A stretch of DNA of 64,000 bases from NCBI RefSeq assembly GCF_009914755.1, contig NC_060933.1. One strand, 5' to 3'. The notes under the pieces were generated by a model. The model saw nothing but the letters and a program-made list of their open reading frames with translations, did no database searches and had not been told where the DNA came from. Numbering within the stretch: the first letter of the stretch is position 1; the number at the start of each line of letters is the position of its first letter. Positions 1 through 12,192 of the stretch are shown in pieces. Made by a program: the position numbers and the translations under genes. This stretch comes from the human T2T-CHM13v2.0 reference genome, Homo sapiens.

Positions 1-142
1 CTATGTGGTATTCACAACAGCAAATATATTTATATTTCTCACTTCACTTTTCCTAGAAAGTAAAAGTGGTCTGATTTTTCATCTTAATTTATGGGAACAA
101 AAAGAAAACAAATGTATGTCTAAATGTGATAAACATGTAAGA

Positions 143-514
143 GGAGAAATACTTAATGCAAATGACAAGTTAATGGGTACAGCAAACCAACATGGCACAT
201 GTATACCTATGTACCAAACTTGCCCGTTGAGCACATTTACCCTGGAACTTAAAGTATAGTACAAAAAAAAAAAAATGACCAGAGGGGAACTTAGAAAATA
301 TCTTGAGACCGATGAAAATGAAAACACAACATACCAAGACGTATGTGATGCAGTGAAAACAGAGCTAAAGGGGAAATTGAAAGCTGTAAAAGCTTATATT
401 AAAAAAGAAGAAAGACCTCAAACCAATGAACTACTTTACAAGTTAAGGAACTAGAAAAAGAAGAAATAAACACATAGTAAGGAAGAGGAAGAAAATAAGA
501 AAGACTAAAGCAGA
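143..514 (+). mobile_element. Short L1PA 3' end (143-275) followed by an older L1 ORF2 fragment (276-514); paralogs at 18679-19050, 33462-34019, 40773-41123
   Basis: L1 3' UTR ...catggcacatgtatacctatg...aacttaaagtata(A)n; ORF2-like ENENTTYQ..CDA.K...KAYIKKEER. Confidence 0.85.
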
Positions 515-1100
515 CCCCAGGTCTTCATCCTTACTTCTCAGTCCTTGCAAGTCTGTTGATGAAGAGAAGGATTTCATGATTCCATTCTGACAACCTCCTA
601 AGCACAGTCACTGTATTTCTTCTCTTTCAGGTAGATTCTCTGGATTCCCATGGATTCCCTGGAAGTACCTCCTCAAGGCCAGTATAGGGCCCCAATCACC
701 CCCACAGATTCTTCCTCTCCTGTTGCCTGCCCTAAGCAAGACTCCAGGCATTCGAGCTGCTGATGAAATCCAGTGTGGAGCTGGTCCAGGAGGGTCATGT
801 TCCAGGCAGCAGAGGAGCGCTCTGTGGGGAAGAGGCTGAAGATCTGCTGAAGCATCTCATGGAGGACAGACACAGCCTGGGCCTTCTGCAAATGACTGCC
901 ATCCACATCTCCAGGGGGAACCTGAAGTCTCTTCTGTCCTTGAGACACAAGAAAGTGGAGATTCTGCACATTTGGCCCAGAAGTGCCAAGGTGTTCCTGC
1001 TAAGTAGGCCACGGTTCTGAGGCAGTTCAAAGCCCAGAGATCCAACAGGGCCACAGTGGCAAAGCAGCAGGGCCACCAGTAGAACAAGCAGTAGGACCAT
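512..1100 (-). pseudogene. IFNWP9: Interferon omega pseudogene
   Basis: IFNW-like translation split across frames ([19 protein letters not shown]; [11 protein letters not shown]; LRRYFQGI; LRSKDEDLGS). Frameshift at ~906, second frameshift at ~690, tggattccc duplication at 641-659, TGG>TAG at ~599, 3' end fused to L1. Symbol assigned from gene order. Confidence 0.88.
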
Positions 1101-1218
1101 TGGGAAACGAGGGTGCTGCTGGCCTAGCTGAGCTGGGGTCGGGATGAACCCCGCACTCCAGGTTCTCTCAAGGCATTCTTTTTATGCATGGCTTATAGCT
1201 GGAAACAAATAGTTTTCA

Positions 1219-4200
1219 GGATTGGCCAAGATGGCCGACTGGAACCTGCTAGTGTGTGCCACTCTCATGGAGAGAAATGGAAGGGGCAAGTAAATACAGC
1301 ACCTTCAACTGAAACAACCGGGTGCACACATTGAGACTCAAGAAAACAACTTGACCCATGGAGAATAAAGCAAAGTAAGGCAGGACAACTGCCCCCCCAG
1401 GAGTGACACAGAGCCAGGGGAGCCTCTCCTGCCCAGGGAAGTGGTGAGTAAGTGAGCAGCCCTGGGGACCCACGCTTCTCCCACAGATCTTTGCAATCCT
1501 CAGGTCAGGAGATCTCCTAGTGAACCCACTCTACCAGGGCGTTTAGTCTGACATGCAGGGCTACGTAGGGTTTCAGCAGAGCAGCCACTCTCGCATGCAT
1601 GGGTACCCTGGAGCCTTAGATACCCAGGCCTCCCCACAAAAGAAGCTATAACTCCAGCCAAGCAGGACGCTAGACCCCTATACATACCCCTAGGAAAGGG
1701 GTTTCATCCAGGGCGCTGGGCAGTGACAAGTGACAGGCCCACCTTCCATGGCCTGTCTCAGGGTAAGACCCACTGACTTGGGAATCCAGCCAGACACTGG
1801 TAGCAGCCTCATACCTCCCTGACATGGAGCTCCCTGCGGCAGGGGGTGGGCTGCCATCTTTGCTCTTTCACAATCTTAGCTATTGGAGCCTTTGGGTTCT
1901 CGGGAGTCCAAGGCAGCTAGGGACTGGAGCAGCCACCCAGCACAGTCCAGCAGCTCTACGGGGAAGCAGTCAGATTGGTTATTCATGTCGATCCCAAATC
2001 CTGTTTCTTTTCACCGGGTGAAATCTCCCCACTGGGGTCTCCAGTCACCTCCACCACTGTTTTCTAGTGGCCAGCAGTTTCGAATATCCCTGGGATGGCG
2101 CTCCCAAAGGGAATGGTAGGTTGCCATTGTTGCTGTTTAGCAGCCTTAGCCATTCTTGCAAATGCCATTCTTTTGTGCTGGGGGTGGTAGCAGACCCCCA
2201 GCACAGCACAGCTGCTCTACCAAAAAGTGGCCAGACTGTTTCTTCACCTGATTCCCTGATGCTGCTTCTCCTCAGTGGGAGGGATATCCCCACCGGGGTC
2301 TCCAGCCACCTCCTGCATGTATGTTGCCGGAGGCAACAGGTTGTACCTCTCTGGAACAGAGCTCCCAGAGGGAGGGGCAGGTCCCCATCTTCACTGTTTC
2401 ATAGCCTTCACTGTTGATATCTTCAGGTACTGAAAAATGTGAGGTGACTATGGTCTGGATTGGACCCCCAGCATATTGCAGCAGCCCTATGGAAAAGTGG
2501 CCAGACTGTGTGTTATGTGGGTCCCTAATCCCCTATCTGCTCACTGGGTGGGTCTGCCAGGCCTGGGTCTGCAGCTACCAGCTGGGGCTATTGAGCCAAT
2601 GGCAGCCCTGCATCTCCCTGGAACAGAGCTCCCAGTGAGAAGGGTGGGTTGCTATCTTTGCTTTCTCACAGCTCTTGCCCTTGCTGTCTCCAGGCTCTGG
2701 GGAGTCTGTAGGGAACAGCGGCTGCTCCAGATCCCCAAAACAGAGCAACTGCCTCACAGAAGAGTGGCCACACTGTTCTCCACGCAGTTCCTGGTTGTCA
2801 CCTCTCCTCTGTGGGCAGAGCCACCTGACCAGAGAGTCCAGCACAGGCATTCTTCCCTTGCCTCGTCTCCTCAATCAGGCAGTCCAGCATTTCTCCAAGA
2901 AAGAAATCCCACAGTCAACCCATAACCCATCCACCATGACCGTTGCAGTGGGACAGCCCCAGCAGCCCTCTGGCTGGGGAAGGAACAAAGGCCTATTCAC
3001 TACACTGGCACCTCCAGCACATCATCGCCACTATATGAAGAGGAGTCCAGCCCCTCTTCCCTGAGAATCCCTGTCCCTATTCTTCAGGAGGCAGGGTCCC
3101 CTGCCCATGACTGCAGAACAGTCACCCTACCCATGGCTGAGCATATCCACTGGTAGTTGACTAGAGTTTCCCTGGGGAGAGGCTCCCACAACCATCCTAC
3201 CTCTGCCACTGCCACAGCAGCAGTTTTATCCTTGCTGCCTTGGGTCTGGGGAAGAGACAAAGAGTCTGAAGCTCTTTGTTTACAAGCTTACATCATGCCA
3301 CAGTCACCTGAACTTCCAGCACACTGCAGTTACCACATAGTGAGGAGAACAGTCTCCTCCTGGTAAGTTTTCCACCTCCTGTTTCCCAAGAAGTGAAGTC
3401 CCATACTTACACCAGCAGTGCAGCCACCCCACTCCTCTGGCTAAACACTCCCATTAACATGACTTCACATTTCTAGGAGGTGGAGACCCCAGGGGTAACA
3501 GAAAGCCTGTCTAACACTGCCTCTGCAGTGGTACTACCCCAGCTACCTTGGAACTAATGAAGGAGCAAGACCCCAAGTGCCTTATGCATACCTCCAACAA
3601 GCTGCTGTCAACCCAAGAGAGGAGGCCAGTCTGTCTCCCATTGGTCAACCACCCACCCCTCACATCACCAGGCAGGGAACCCCTGTCTTGGGCCCACAGC
3701 ACAGACACCCCCATCCGAAGCTGAATGCACTGAGTGATTGCTCACCTGCATCTCTGGGGTGGAGCCCCCAGGGGACAAGCAAAAGACCCTCAGTTACAAC
3801 TACTACTAAGGTCCCTTCCTTCAATGCCTCCAAGTCGGGGAGAAAACATTAACCCTGAGATCACCTCAGAGCTGTTATGTACAGCCTGGGAGTGCCAAGA
3901 TACAAGCTACAGTCAGCACTCCAGTGGGAGAGGAGCCCACACTTTCATAGCATTGAGAAGGAGCACGGCTGCAAACGTGGGGAAATACAGGGGAGCCACG
4001 TGACTGAGCAAGAGCCTTACAACTGACCACTCCAACTAAGAGTCACCTACTAGGTCATGCCCAAAGCATGACACTAAAAAATGTCACTAACATACCCTCA
4101 TTAAACCAAAGACAAGTCAGCTTCAAATAAAGACCCTGCACAAAGCTGCAGCCCTGTGAACACATCCAGAACTGAAGTCTACTTATTGATTGAACTCAAG

Positions 4201-4808
4201 CTACATTCCCATATGTAGAGACGAGAAAGAACCAACTGAAGAACTATAGTATCTCAAAAGGACAAAGTATCTTATGTCCTCCAAATAATCTCACTAGTTC
4301 TCCAACAGGGGTACTTAACCATAATGAGTTAGCTAAAATGACAGAAACATAATTCAGAATAGGATAGAAAGGAATTTCATTGAGATTCAGGAAAATGATA
4401 AAACCTAAACCAAGGAAACTAAGAATCACGATCAAAGGAGAGAGGAGTGGACTGACAAAATAGCCAGTATGAAAAAGAACCTAACGGACCTAGTATAGGT
4501 ACACTACTAGAAGAATTTCACAATGCAATCACAAGTATTAACAGCAGAATAGACCAAGCTGAGGACAGAATCTCAGGACTTGAAGAGTGGCTCTCTGAAA
4601 TAAGACAGTCAGACAAACATAAAGAAAAAAGAATGAAGAGCAATGAACAAAAGCTCCAAGAAATAGGGGATTGTATAAAGAGGCCAAATCTAAGAGTCAC
4701 TTGCATCCTTTAAAAAGACGGAGAAAGCAAACAACTTGGAAAATATATTTCAGGATATCATCTATGAAAACTACCACAACCTTGATAGAGAGACCAAAAG
4801 TCAAATTC
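1219..4808 (+). mobile_element. Old primate L1 5' portion (long sub-repeated 5' UTR plus partial ORF1), 3'-truncated
   Basis: Starts with ggattggccaagatggccgac (L1 YY1 motif); ORF1-like SINSRIDQAEDRIS.LE..., NEQ.LQEI.D.IKRPNLR. Confidence 0.85.
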
Positions 4809-7099
4809 CCTTGAAGTTCTACACCCAGATTGACCGGCTGTTCTCATTCCTAGTCTAGCACAATCCATAGAGGAAGGGATAAGTTAGGAGGCCCCGGGGA
4901 GGCTGGGCAGGCTGGAGGAAAGGGACACATCCTGACCCTTTGTCTTTCCCCATAGCTGTCCATTGCCCCAAGACGACATGTCATGCCTGAAGCTGGGAGT
5001 ATTTTCTCTCTCCATGATACAGAAGTTAAGGAAATGGGCTAATTCCAGTACTGGGGTCAGTTCTTTCTTGGGAAGAGCCTCTTTTTAGCTATGAAGATAA
5101 ATCTCCTGCCAGGAGGCCTGCTTCTGCATTAATAACCTGCTCTCCACAGACTTGGCTGCTGTCTTGGTGCACTTTGACCAGTTGGGGGCTCTCTTTCCCT
5201 GTAAATGTTGTAAGAGTCTCAAAGTAAAACGGAACCTGCCTTTTATTTCCTTTTTTGCTAAGCTACTGTTATGTCACTGTAACAGCGACATTCCCTCTTT
5301 TACAGAAATATTCATCATAAGAAAGGAAAAAGAGTATTTTATAAAAGAGCTTCTGAAAAACCTAGAACTTTCACTGAACTTCTGCTTTAATTTGTGATTT
5401 TGTGCTCTTAAGGGGAAAGTGATGGGTAAAACCCACAAGAGAACTGAAAACAGCTGTATGAAGAGGCAGTGCAGGCTAATGATGAGTGAAGAAGAGAGCA
5501 CAGTGCGCATTTCTAGAGGAAGAGGAAGGAAACTAGTGTGATATGGGAGTGGAAAATGGGATACAGAAAAGCAGGGAGGAGAGGGGAAAGTGTGTCAGCT
5601 CTCAGAACCAGCAAAGATGTATACTTTACTTAAGTTTAGGAGACTAACTTCATATGGGAGTGTACTCTGGAATTCTGAGAGCCAGGAAACAAATGTTCCA
5701 GGTGCCAGAATCAGTTAACCATCGACACGTGTATTCTGCCCTTCAATCTAGATGCTGCTCCTCTGACAGGTATTTATACAAGCCACCATTCCAGACTAAG
5801 TAGGACTTTGAAATGAGTTGAGACAATTTTTCAGCCTCTCTACAATTCATGACAGAATTCTGTTGTTTTACGCTGCCTAAAAACAATATATACAAGCAGT
5901 ATGGAATTTCAATGTAAAATAAGTTATTATTATTTATACCAGATGTGTAAATTTTGTGTGAGGATTTCCTTAATAATTATTAATCTCCTTTTTTCCTCAT
6001 TTATACACAACCATCTCCTGCTCTCTGAATTTCCTTGGTTCATGTTGTATTTTCGGCTGATTTTGACCAACTTTCTTTCTTTTTAAATTTTGCTTTAAGT
6101 TCCGGGATACATGTGCAGAACGTGCAGATTTGTTTCATAGGTATACGTGTGCCATGGTGGTTTGCCTCACCTATCAACTCGTCACCTAGGTTTTTTTTTT
6201 TTGAATTAATTTCGTATTTATTTTATTTTAACCATCCTTTCTCCTCCATTACAGTATACATTTCATGAAGACAGGAATTCCATGTTATTCTATTTCCTAT
6301 AATTGATGCTTAATACCTATTGTCAACTGATTCTTTTCTCTGTGCAATTCCTCTGGAGAAATATTTTGTTCTGTGCCAAGAAACAGTTTCATTCAACGGT
6401 TAAGGTGACTTGTGTCACTGATCTGATTTCCTTCTTTTACATTAACTATCAAAAATCTCAGACTTATTAATAAAGACATGTCTTCATAGGGTACATCTTT
6501 ATAATGGTCTTATTTTTATTTTATTTTCCTCCCTCTTTTTTTTCATTTTACTTTATTCTGTCCTAAATATTTAAAGTTTCAGCTAATTTTAAAGTAAAAG
6601 ATGCTCAATGGGAAAAGCTCACACAAATCAGAGCTACCTAAAAGTAGAGTTGGAAAGTCCCAAGGATCTTTTTCTCTGAGGCAAGCCTCTTTGCTTCTGA
6701 GTGCTTGCACTGCAGACTGGCTTATGAAGAGGTCACCATCTTTTCAGATTCCAGGGGCCCGTAATGTTCATACCACTGCAGTATTCTTACTACACACTGT
6801 AATAATCTGGAATAATAAGATCGTAGGCACTCTTTATTGCCCTCACATGTGGATCTGCCTTCTCCTTTTAAACAGCCATGTAACGTTCCCTATCTCACCT
6901 ACTTTGAATTTTTATATTCTTGCTGCTCTAAGGTTTTTTTTTGGAGCAAGGAAAGCAATTAAAAAAAATAAAATTTACTTTCAAAAGAAGAGTAGAGATA
7001 ATTAACCAGCCCTTGCCACCTAACTAAATATAATTCCCTAGTAACTCCTCTTGGAGCCACCAGGTTCCCTGGGAGTGGAATTGCCTGTGGAAAGGCCTA

Positions 7100-7433
<334 letters not shown>

Positions 7434-7546
7434 TCATTCTGACAAGAAAGCAGTCATTCCTTTTCTCCATTAACAGAGATAAAGAAAAGCTTTTCAAATC
7501 TGTATATGGCTACGCTGATTGACGTCCGAGTTAAAAATGAAATGTC

Positions 7547-7860
<314 letters not shown>

Positions 7861-7985
7861 GAAATCTCATTTCCCTGTTGCTCAGTCACATTCCTATAAA
7901 CATACTACTTGCATGCCTGGACAGTTATCACCTTCCAACCTCTTATCTCGGTGATTTCCCAAGCTACAGAGTAAGATAGGTGGAG

Positions 7986-8092
7986 AATTTTTGTACTTTT
8001 AGTAGAGACAGGGTTTCACCATGTTGGTCAGGCTGGTCTTGAACTCTAGCCTACACAACAGAGCAAGACTCCGTCTCAAAAAAAAAAAAAAA
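7986..8092. mobile_element. Chimeric Alu remnant: antisense fragment fused to a sense Alu 3' end
   Basis: aatttttgtacttttagtagagacagggtttcacc...gaactc joined to tagcct...gcaagactccgtctc(A)n. Confidence 0.85.
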
Positions 8093-8104
8093 TAGGCAGA
8101 GAAG

Positions 8105-8690
8105 GGGTTATTTACATTTCACAGATGAGGTTCACAGGCCCTGAGTTATTTTTGCTACAGTCAACGTGAACAATAAAAACAGCAATTGTGCCCTCTGGTT
8201 TGAAGAGACCTGGCTCCACCCACCTGGTGGGGAAAACTACGCCTCCACCCTGGTCCCATGCCTGCCAGCTCTCACCTGGACTCCTCTGTTGTCTCACGTA
8301 AGTCACATCTAAGTATGACCTCAGCTGCTCAAAGGACTGCTGAGAAAGTTAGTCAAGTTATCCAACCAACACTCAGCAAACTGAGGACCCATCTGGGAGG
8401 TGGAGCCACCCTACCCAATCACAGCTGTTGGGAGTGTATCTGTCTCAGTGGGTGGCACAGCTGAGCTCCTACCTAGAGGTGGCCACCATGCTAGGAAGCA
8501 CCTTCGCCTTGGACAGTGGGCTCAGGTTCTGGCTCTGCCACTTATTAGCTATGCAGTCTTGGGCAAGTGACTTTACCCCTCCTCACTGCAGCTTCTTCAT
8601 TGTAAAATGAGAATACAGACACCAGAAGCTACCCATGTTTGTTGGTAAGTGCAAATGAGGCAGCCTATGTAAACAAGAGCCAGTGTCTTC
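8105..8690. mobile_element. MIR fragments (about 8105-8165 and 8510-8690) inside the retrocopy
   Basis: MIR core motifs catttcacagatgag and ggctctgccacttattagctatgcagtcttgggcaagtgacttt...tgtaaaatgag. Confidence 0.7.
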
Positions 8691-9566
8691 GTGCGGCAAA
8701 CCCCATGGCAAGTTCTCATGGAATATTAGCTATTACTGCTGTGTCTAGTCTATGTAAACTCACTGCCCTGCCCCAGCCACCAGCCACCACCCAGGAACAG
8801 CATGGTGCCCGGTGCAGAGTAACTGCTAAATGCTAAGTTAGTATACTCACAATGTACCTAACTCCCTGATGACCCTGAAGGAGGTGCACAATTCTTCCCG
8901 GAGGAGGCCCTGCCCTGGCTTAGGGCTGGCTCTGCTATGAGGGAGATAGCTGCCCCATCTAAAGCTGCTCTTACACCTTCCTGGACTGTCCAGAAAAACT
9001 CTCTATGGTTTGCTACAGACAGAACAGTCAGAAGGCGAAAGAGGGCCCAGATCCCCAGGCGCTATCTTACCCCAACTCCCTTCATTGCTAAGGCTAAGAA
9101 TGTCTGTGGGTCAGTGGAGAACAGGCAGCATTCATCTCATCAGAGAAACTACTCTTTCATGCGAACGTCTCCAATGTATGGACACCATTTTCCCACTGAG
9201 TGTGCTGACACCATAGAAACACGGATCTGTCTTTCTAAGTAAATATATGAATAGAAGCTTTAAAATATTTTAAGTACGGAGTCTATAATTAAGACACAGT
9301 GTTTGAGATATTTACACAGAAGATTAATGACTCCATGCACATAATTCATCATTGCTTTAGTATTACCAAGTAATATTAAGTTAATTAAGAGACATTGGGA
9401 GGCCAAAAAACCAGGCACGACCCAACTGCAGCCCTGCCATGGAAATGAATGAACAAGTCAGCAGGCAGAACTGAGAATCGGGAGACCCACACGGAGCTGA
9501 GGAGTATCTAAGAAACCAATGTCACTTGCACTGACCTGGTCTTGCCAGTTCAAGGTCACTCTCATC

Positions 9567-10430
9567 CGTCACCTAGGTTTTAAGTACAATTTTTTTTAAT
9601 CCAGTCTATCATTGATGGGCACTTGGGTTGGTTTTGTGTCTTTGCTATTGTAAACATGCTGCAATAAACATACACGTGCGTGTATTTTATAACAGAACGA
9701 TTTATATTCCTTTGGGTATATACTCAGTAATGAGATTGCTGGGTCAAATGGTATTTCTGGTTCTAGAACCTTGATGAATCGCCACACTGTCTTCCACAAT
9801 GGTTGAAGTAATTTACATTCCCACAAACAGTGTAAAAGATTTCCTATTTTTCCACAGCTTCACCAGCATCTGTTGATTTTGACTCTTTAATAATTGCCAT
9901 TCTGAGTGGCATGAGATGGTATTTCATTGTGGTTTTGATTTGCATTTCTCTAATGATCAGTGATGTTGAGTTTTTTAATGATTATTGGTCGCATAAATGT
10001 CTACTTTCGAGAAGATTCTGTTCATATCCTTCACCCACTTTTTGATGGGGCTTTTTGTTTTTGTAAATTTGTTTAAGTTCTTTGTACATTCTGGATATTA
10101 GACCTGTGTGAGTTGGGTAGACTGCAAAAATTTTCTCCCATTCTATGGGTTGCCTGTTCACTCTGATGATAGGTAGTTTCTTTTGCTGTGCAGAAGTTCT
10201 CTAATTAAATGCCATTTGTCAATTTAACTTTTGTTGCAGTTGCTTTTGGCGATTTCTTCATAAAATCTTTGCCCATCCTGTGTCCTATGTTTTCTTCTAG
10301 GGTTTTTATGGTTTTTGGTTTTACATTTAAGTCTTTAATCCATCTTGAGTTAATTTTTGTATAAGGTGTAAGGAAGTGGTCCAGGTTCAATTTTCTGCCT
10401 ATGGCTATCCAGTTTTCCCAGCACCATTTA
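9567..10430 (-). mobile_element. Antisense L1PA ORF2 3' fragment (its 3' tip lies at about 6085-6194); paralogs at 13984-14878, 24620-25576, 34780-35782, 46710-47700
   Basis: ORF2 C-terminal peptides WECKLLQPLWKTVWRF..., KWCWENW...[17 protein letters not shown]. Confidence 0.9.
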
Positions 10431-11089
10431 TCATCATTCCCTCCAAATACACTTTTATCATCATTCCCTCTCGTCCTTCTAATGATAAGGTATTCCACCT
10501 CTGTTTTCTTTGTGTGTCTTCTGTTCCCCCACTTTAATAGTGGAAGTTCCTCAGAATCCAGTTTAAGTCTTTTTTCCCTCTCTGCTTGCTCCCCACATGA
10601 CAGCCTTCATTTTTGGCGTTTCCATTGCTTAGTTATGAACTTCCAGATATCATATTCCTTGGAAACTGCAAACTCATATATCTGACTTGCAATGTACATT
10701 TTCAATTACATGTTGAAAGTCAGTTTATAGAGAGTACCTCTACTTTTATTTGCAGACATTTCTTAATCTATGTTCTGCTAAGAGGAATTCATTTTTTTTT
10801 ACTTCCTCACATTACAGCAGTTAGTATAACCGATATTAATTCAGCATTATTATTGTTTTTAGATTTCTTTCCTGACAAAAATCAAAGATACAAGAGAACA
10901 AGAACTGTATTTTTTATGTTCACGTTTATATCATGAAGGCAACAGATAACCTGGTATAGAAAAATATATTTTTCTATAACTTGAATAAAATTATGATAGG
11001 TAACTTACTTAAATCATCTATTTTTAAGTCAGGTTATACAGTCAGGCTTGGCATTTAATCTTAAAAAATAAACAAACACAAGAAATTTT

Positions 11090-11250
11090 GTATAGTAAAA
11101 ATTTAATGAAAAAGGAAATTAATATATTGGCTAAATATGAAGAACATATTTGTTACATTAACCACAATGTAAAGGTACATATGATATTACATAAAAAATA
11201 ATTTAAATAATAAAAATAGTTAAATAAATAAATATTTAAATAAATAGATG
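11090..11250 (-). terminator. IFNA7 3' UTR AU-rich elements and ATTAAA poly(A) signal (homologous at about 16040-16175, 26240-26395, 37098-37250, 48852-49008)
   Basis: Clustered TATTTA(T) repeats on the minus strand; ATTAAA at 11102-11107 conserved in all five genes. Confidence 0.75.
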
Positions 11251-11452
11251 AAAGGAGACATCAGAATGGTCATCTGTAAAGGACTAGTGCCTGCACAGGT
11301 AAACACGATGCTTCTTAACACTCCTGAAAACATTTGGAAATTTTGATTCAACTTGTGGTGGTTATAGAAGTGAGTCTTTGAAATGGAAGAACTCATGAAA
11401 GTGTGAGATGATGCATTAGTCAATGAGAATCATTTCCATGATGAACCAGTTT

Positions 11453-12022
11453 TCAATCCTTCCTCCTTAATCCTTTTTTCAAGTTTGTTGAAAAAGAGAA
11501 GGATCTCATGATTTCTGCTCTGACAACCTCCCAGGCACAAGGGCTGTATTTCTTCTCCATTAGATAAAGAGTGATTCTTTGGAAGTATTTCCTCACAGCC
11601 AGGATGAAGTCCTCATTCATCAGGGGAGTCTCTTCCACCCCAACCTCCTGTATCACACATGCTTCCAGGTCATTCAGTTGCTGGTAAAGTTCAGTGGAAA
11701 ATTTTTCTAGGAGGCTCTGTTCCCAAGCAGCAGATGAGTCCTCTGTGCTGAAGAGATTGAAGGTCTGCTGGATCATCTCATGGAGGACAGAGATGGCTTG
11801 AGTCTTCTGGAACTGGTGGCCATCAAACTCCTCCTCTGGGAATCTGAATTCATGTCTGTCCTTCAAGCAGGAGAAAGGAGAGATTCTTCCCATTTGTGCC
11901 AGGAGTATCAAGGCCCTCCTATTACGCAGGCTGTGGGTCTGAGGCAGATCACAGCCCAGAGAGCAGATGGATTTGTAGCTGAGTACCAGCACGACCATCA
12001 GTAAAGAAAAGGACCGGGCCAT
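11453..12022 (-). CDS. IFNA7: Interferon alpha-7 precursor, 189 aa, intronless
   Basis: 23-aa signal peptide, mature [22 protein letters not shown] motif; IFNA7-diagnostic residues [40 protein letters not shown]. Confidence 0.97.
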   Translation of the reverse strand: MARSFSLLMVVLVLSYKSICSLGCDLPQTHSLRNRRALILLAQMGRISPFSCLKDRHEFRFPEEEFDGHQFQKTQAISVLHEMIQQTFNLFSTEDSSAAWEQSLLEKFSTELYQQLNDLEACVIQEVGVEETPLMNEDFILAVRKYFQRITLYLMEKKYSPCAWEVVRAEIMRSFSFSTNLKKGLRRKD

Positions 12023-12114
12023 TGGGATTTTGCAAATATCACTAGGCTACCTGAGGTGGGTAACTTGAACCGTGGCCTCTAGGTTTTCTGGAGACTTTGC
12101 TCTGTGCATAGGTC

Positions 12115-12192
12115 TTAAATAGTGAACATACTAATTTCCATTTTCTAAATGCCCTAGTTTTACTTTCTATCTCTGTTTTTGCTTTCTTTATG
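12115..12192 (-). promoter_or_regulatory. IFNA7 promoter: TATTTAA box and virus-responsive element (IRF3/IRF7 GAAANN modules)
   Basis: Minus strand reads AAAGAAAGCAAAAACAGAGATAGAAAGTAAAAC...GAAAATGGAAATT...TATTTAA about 95-170 nt upstream of the ATG. Confidence 0.9.

Noticed and set aside
1249-4003. Many 60-195-aa ORFs conserved in three copies (also 19787-22539 and 41937-44587)
   Set aside because: They lie in a GC-rich L1 5' UTR; similarity reflects recent duplication and frames break differently in each copy.
6601-7005. 134-aa ORF (also 8937-9242) as the coding part of the retrocopy
   Set aside because: On the strand opposite to the inferred transcript, with no recognisable domain.
11780-12004. 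Antisense ORFs over IFNA and IFNW genes (also 26928-27152, 49544-49735, 763-1020)
   Set aside because: Shadow ORFs of the coding strand; no independent support.
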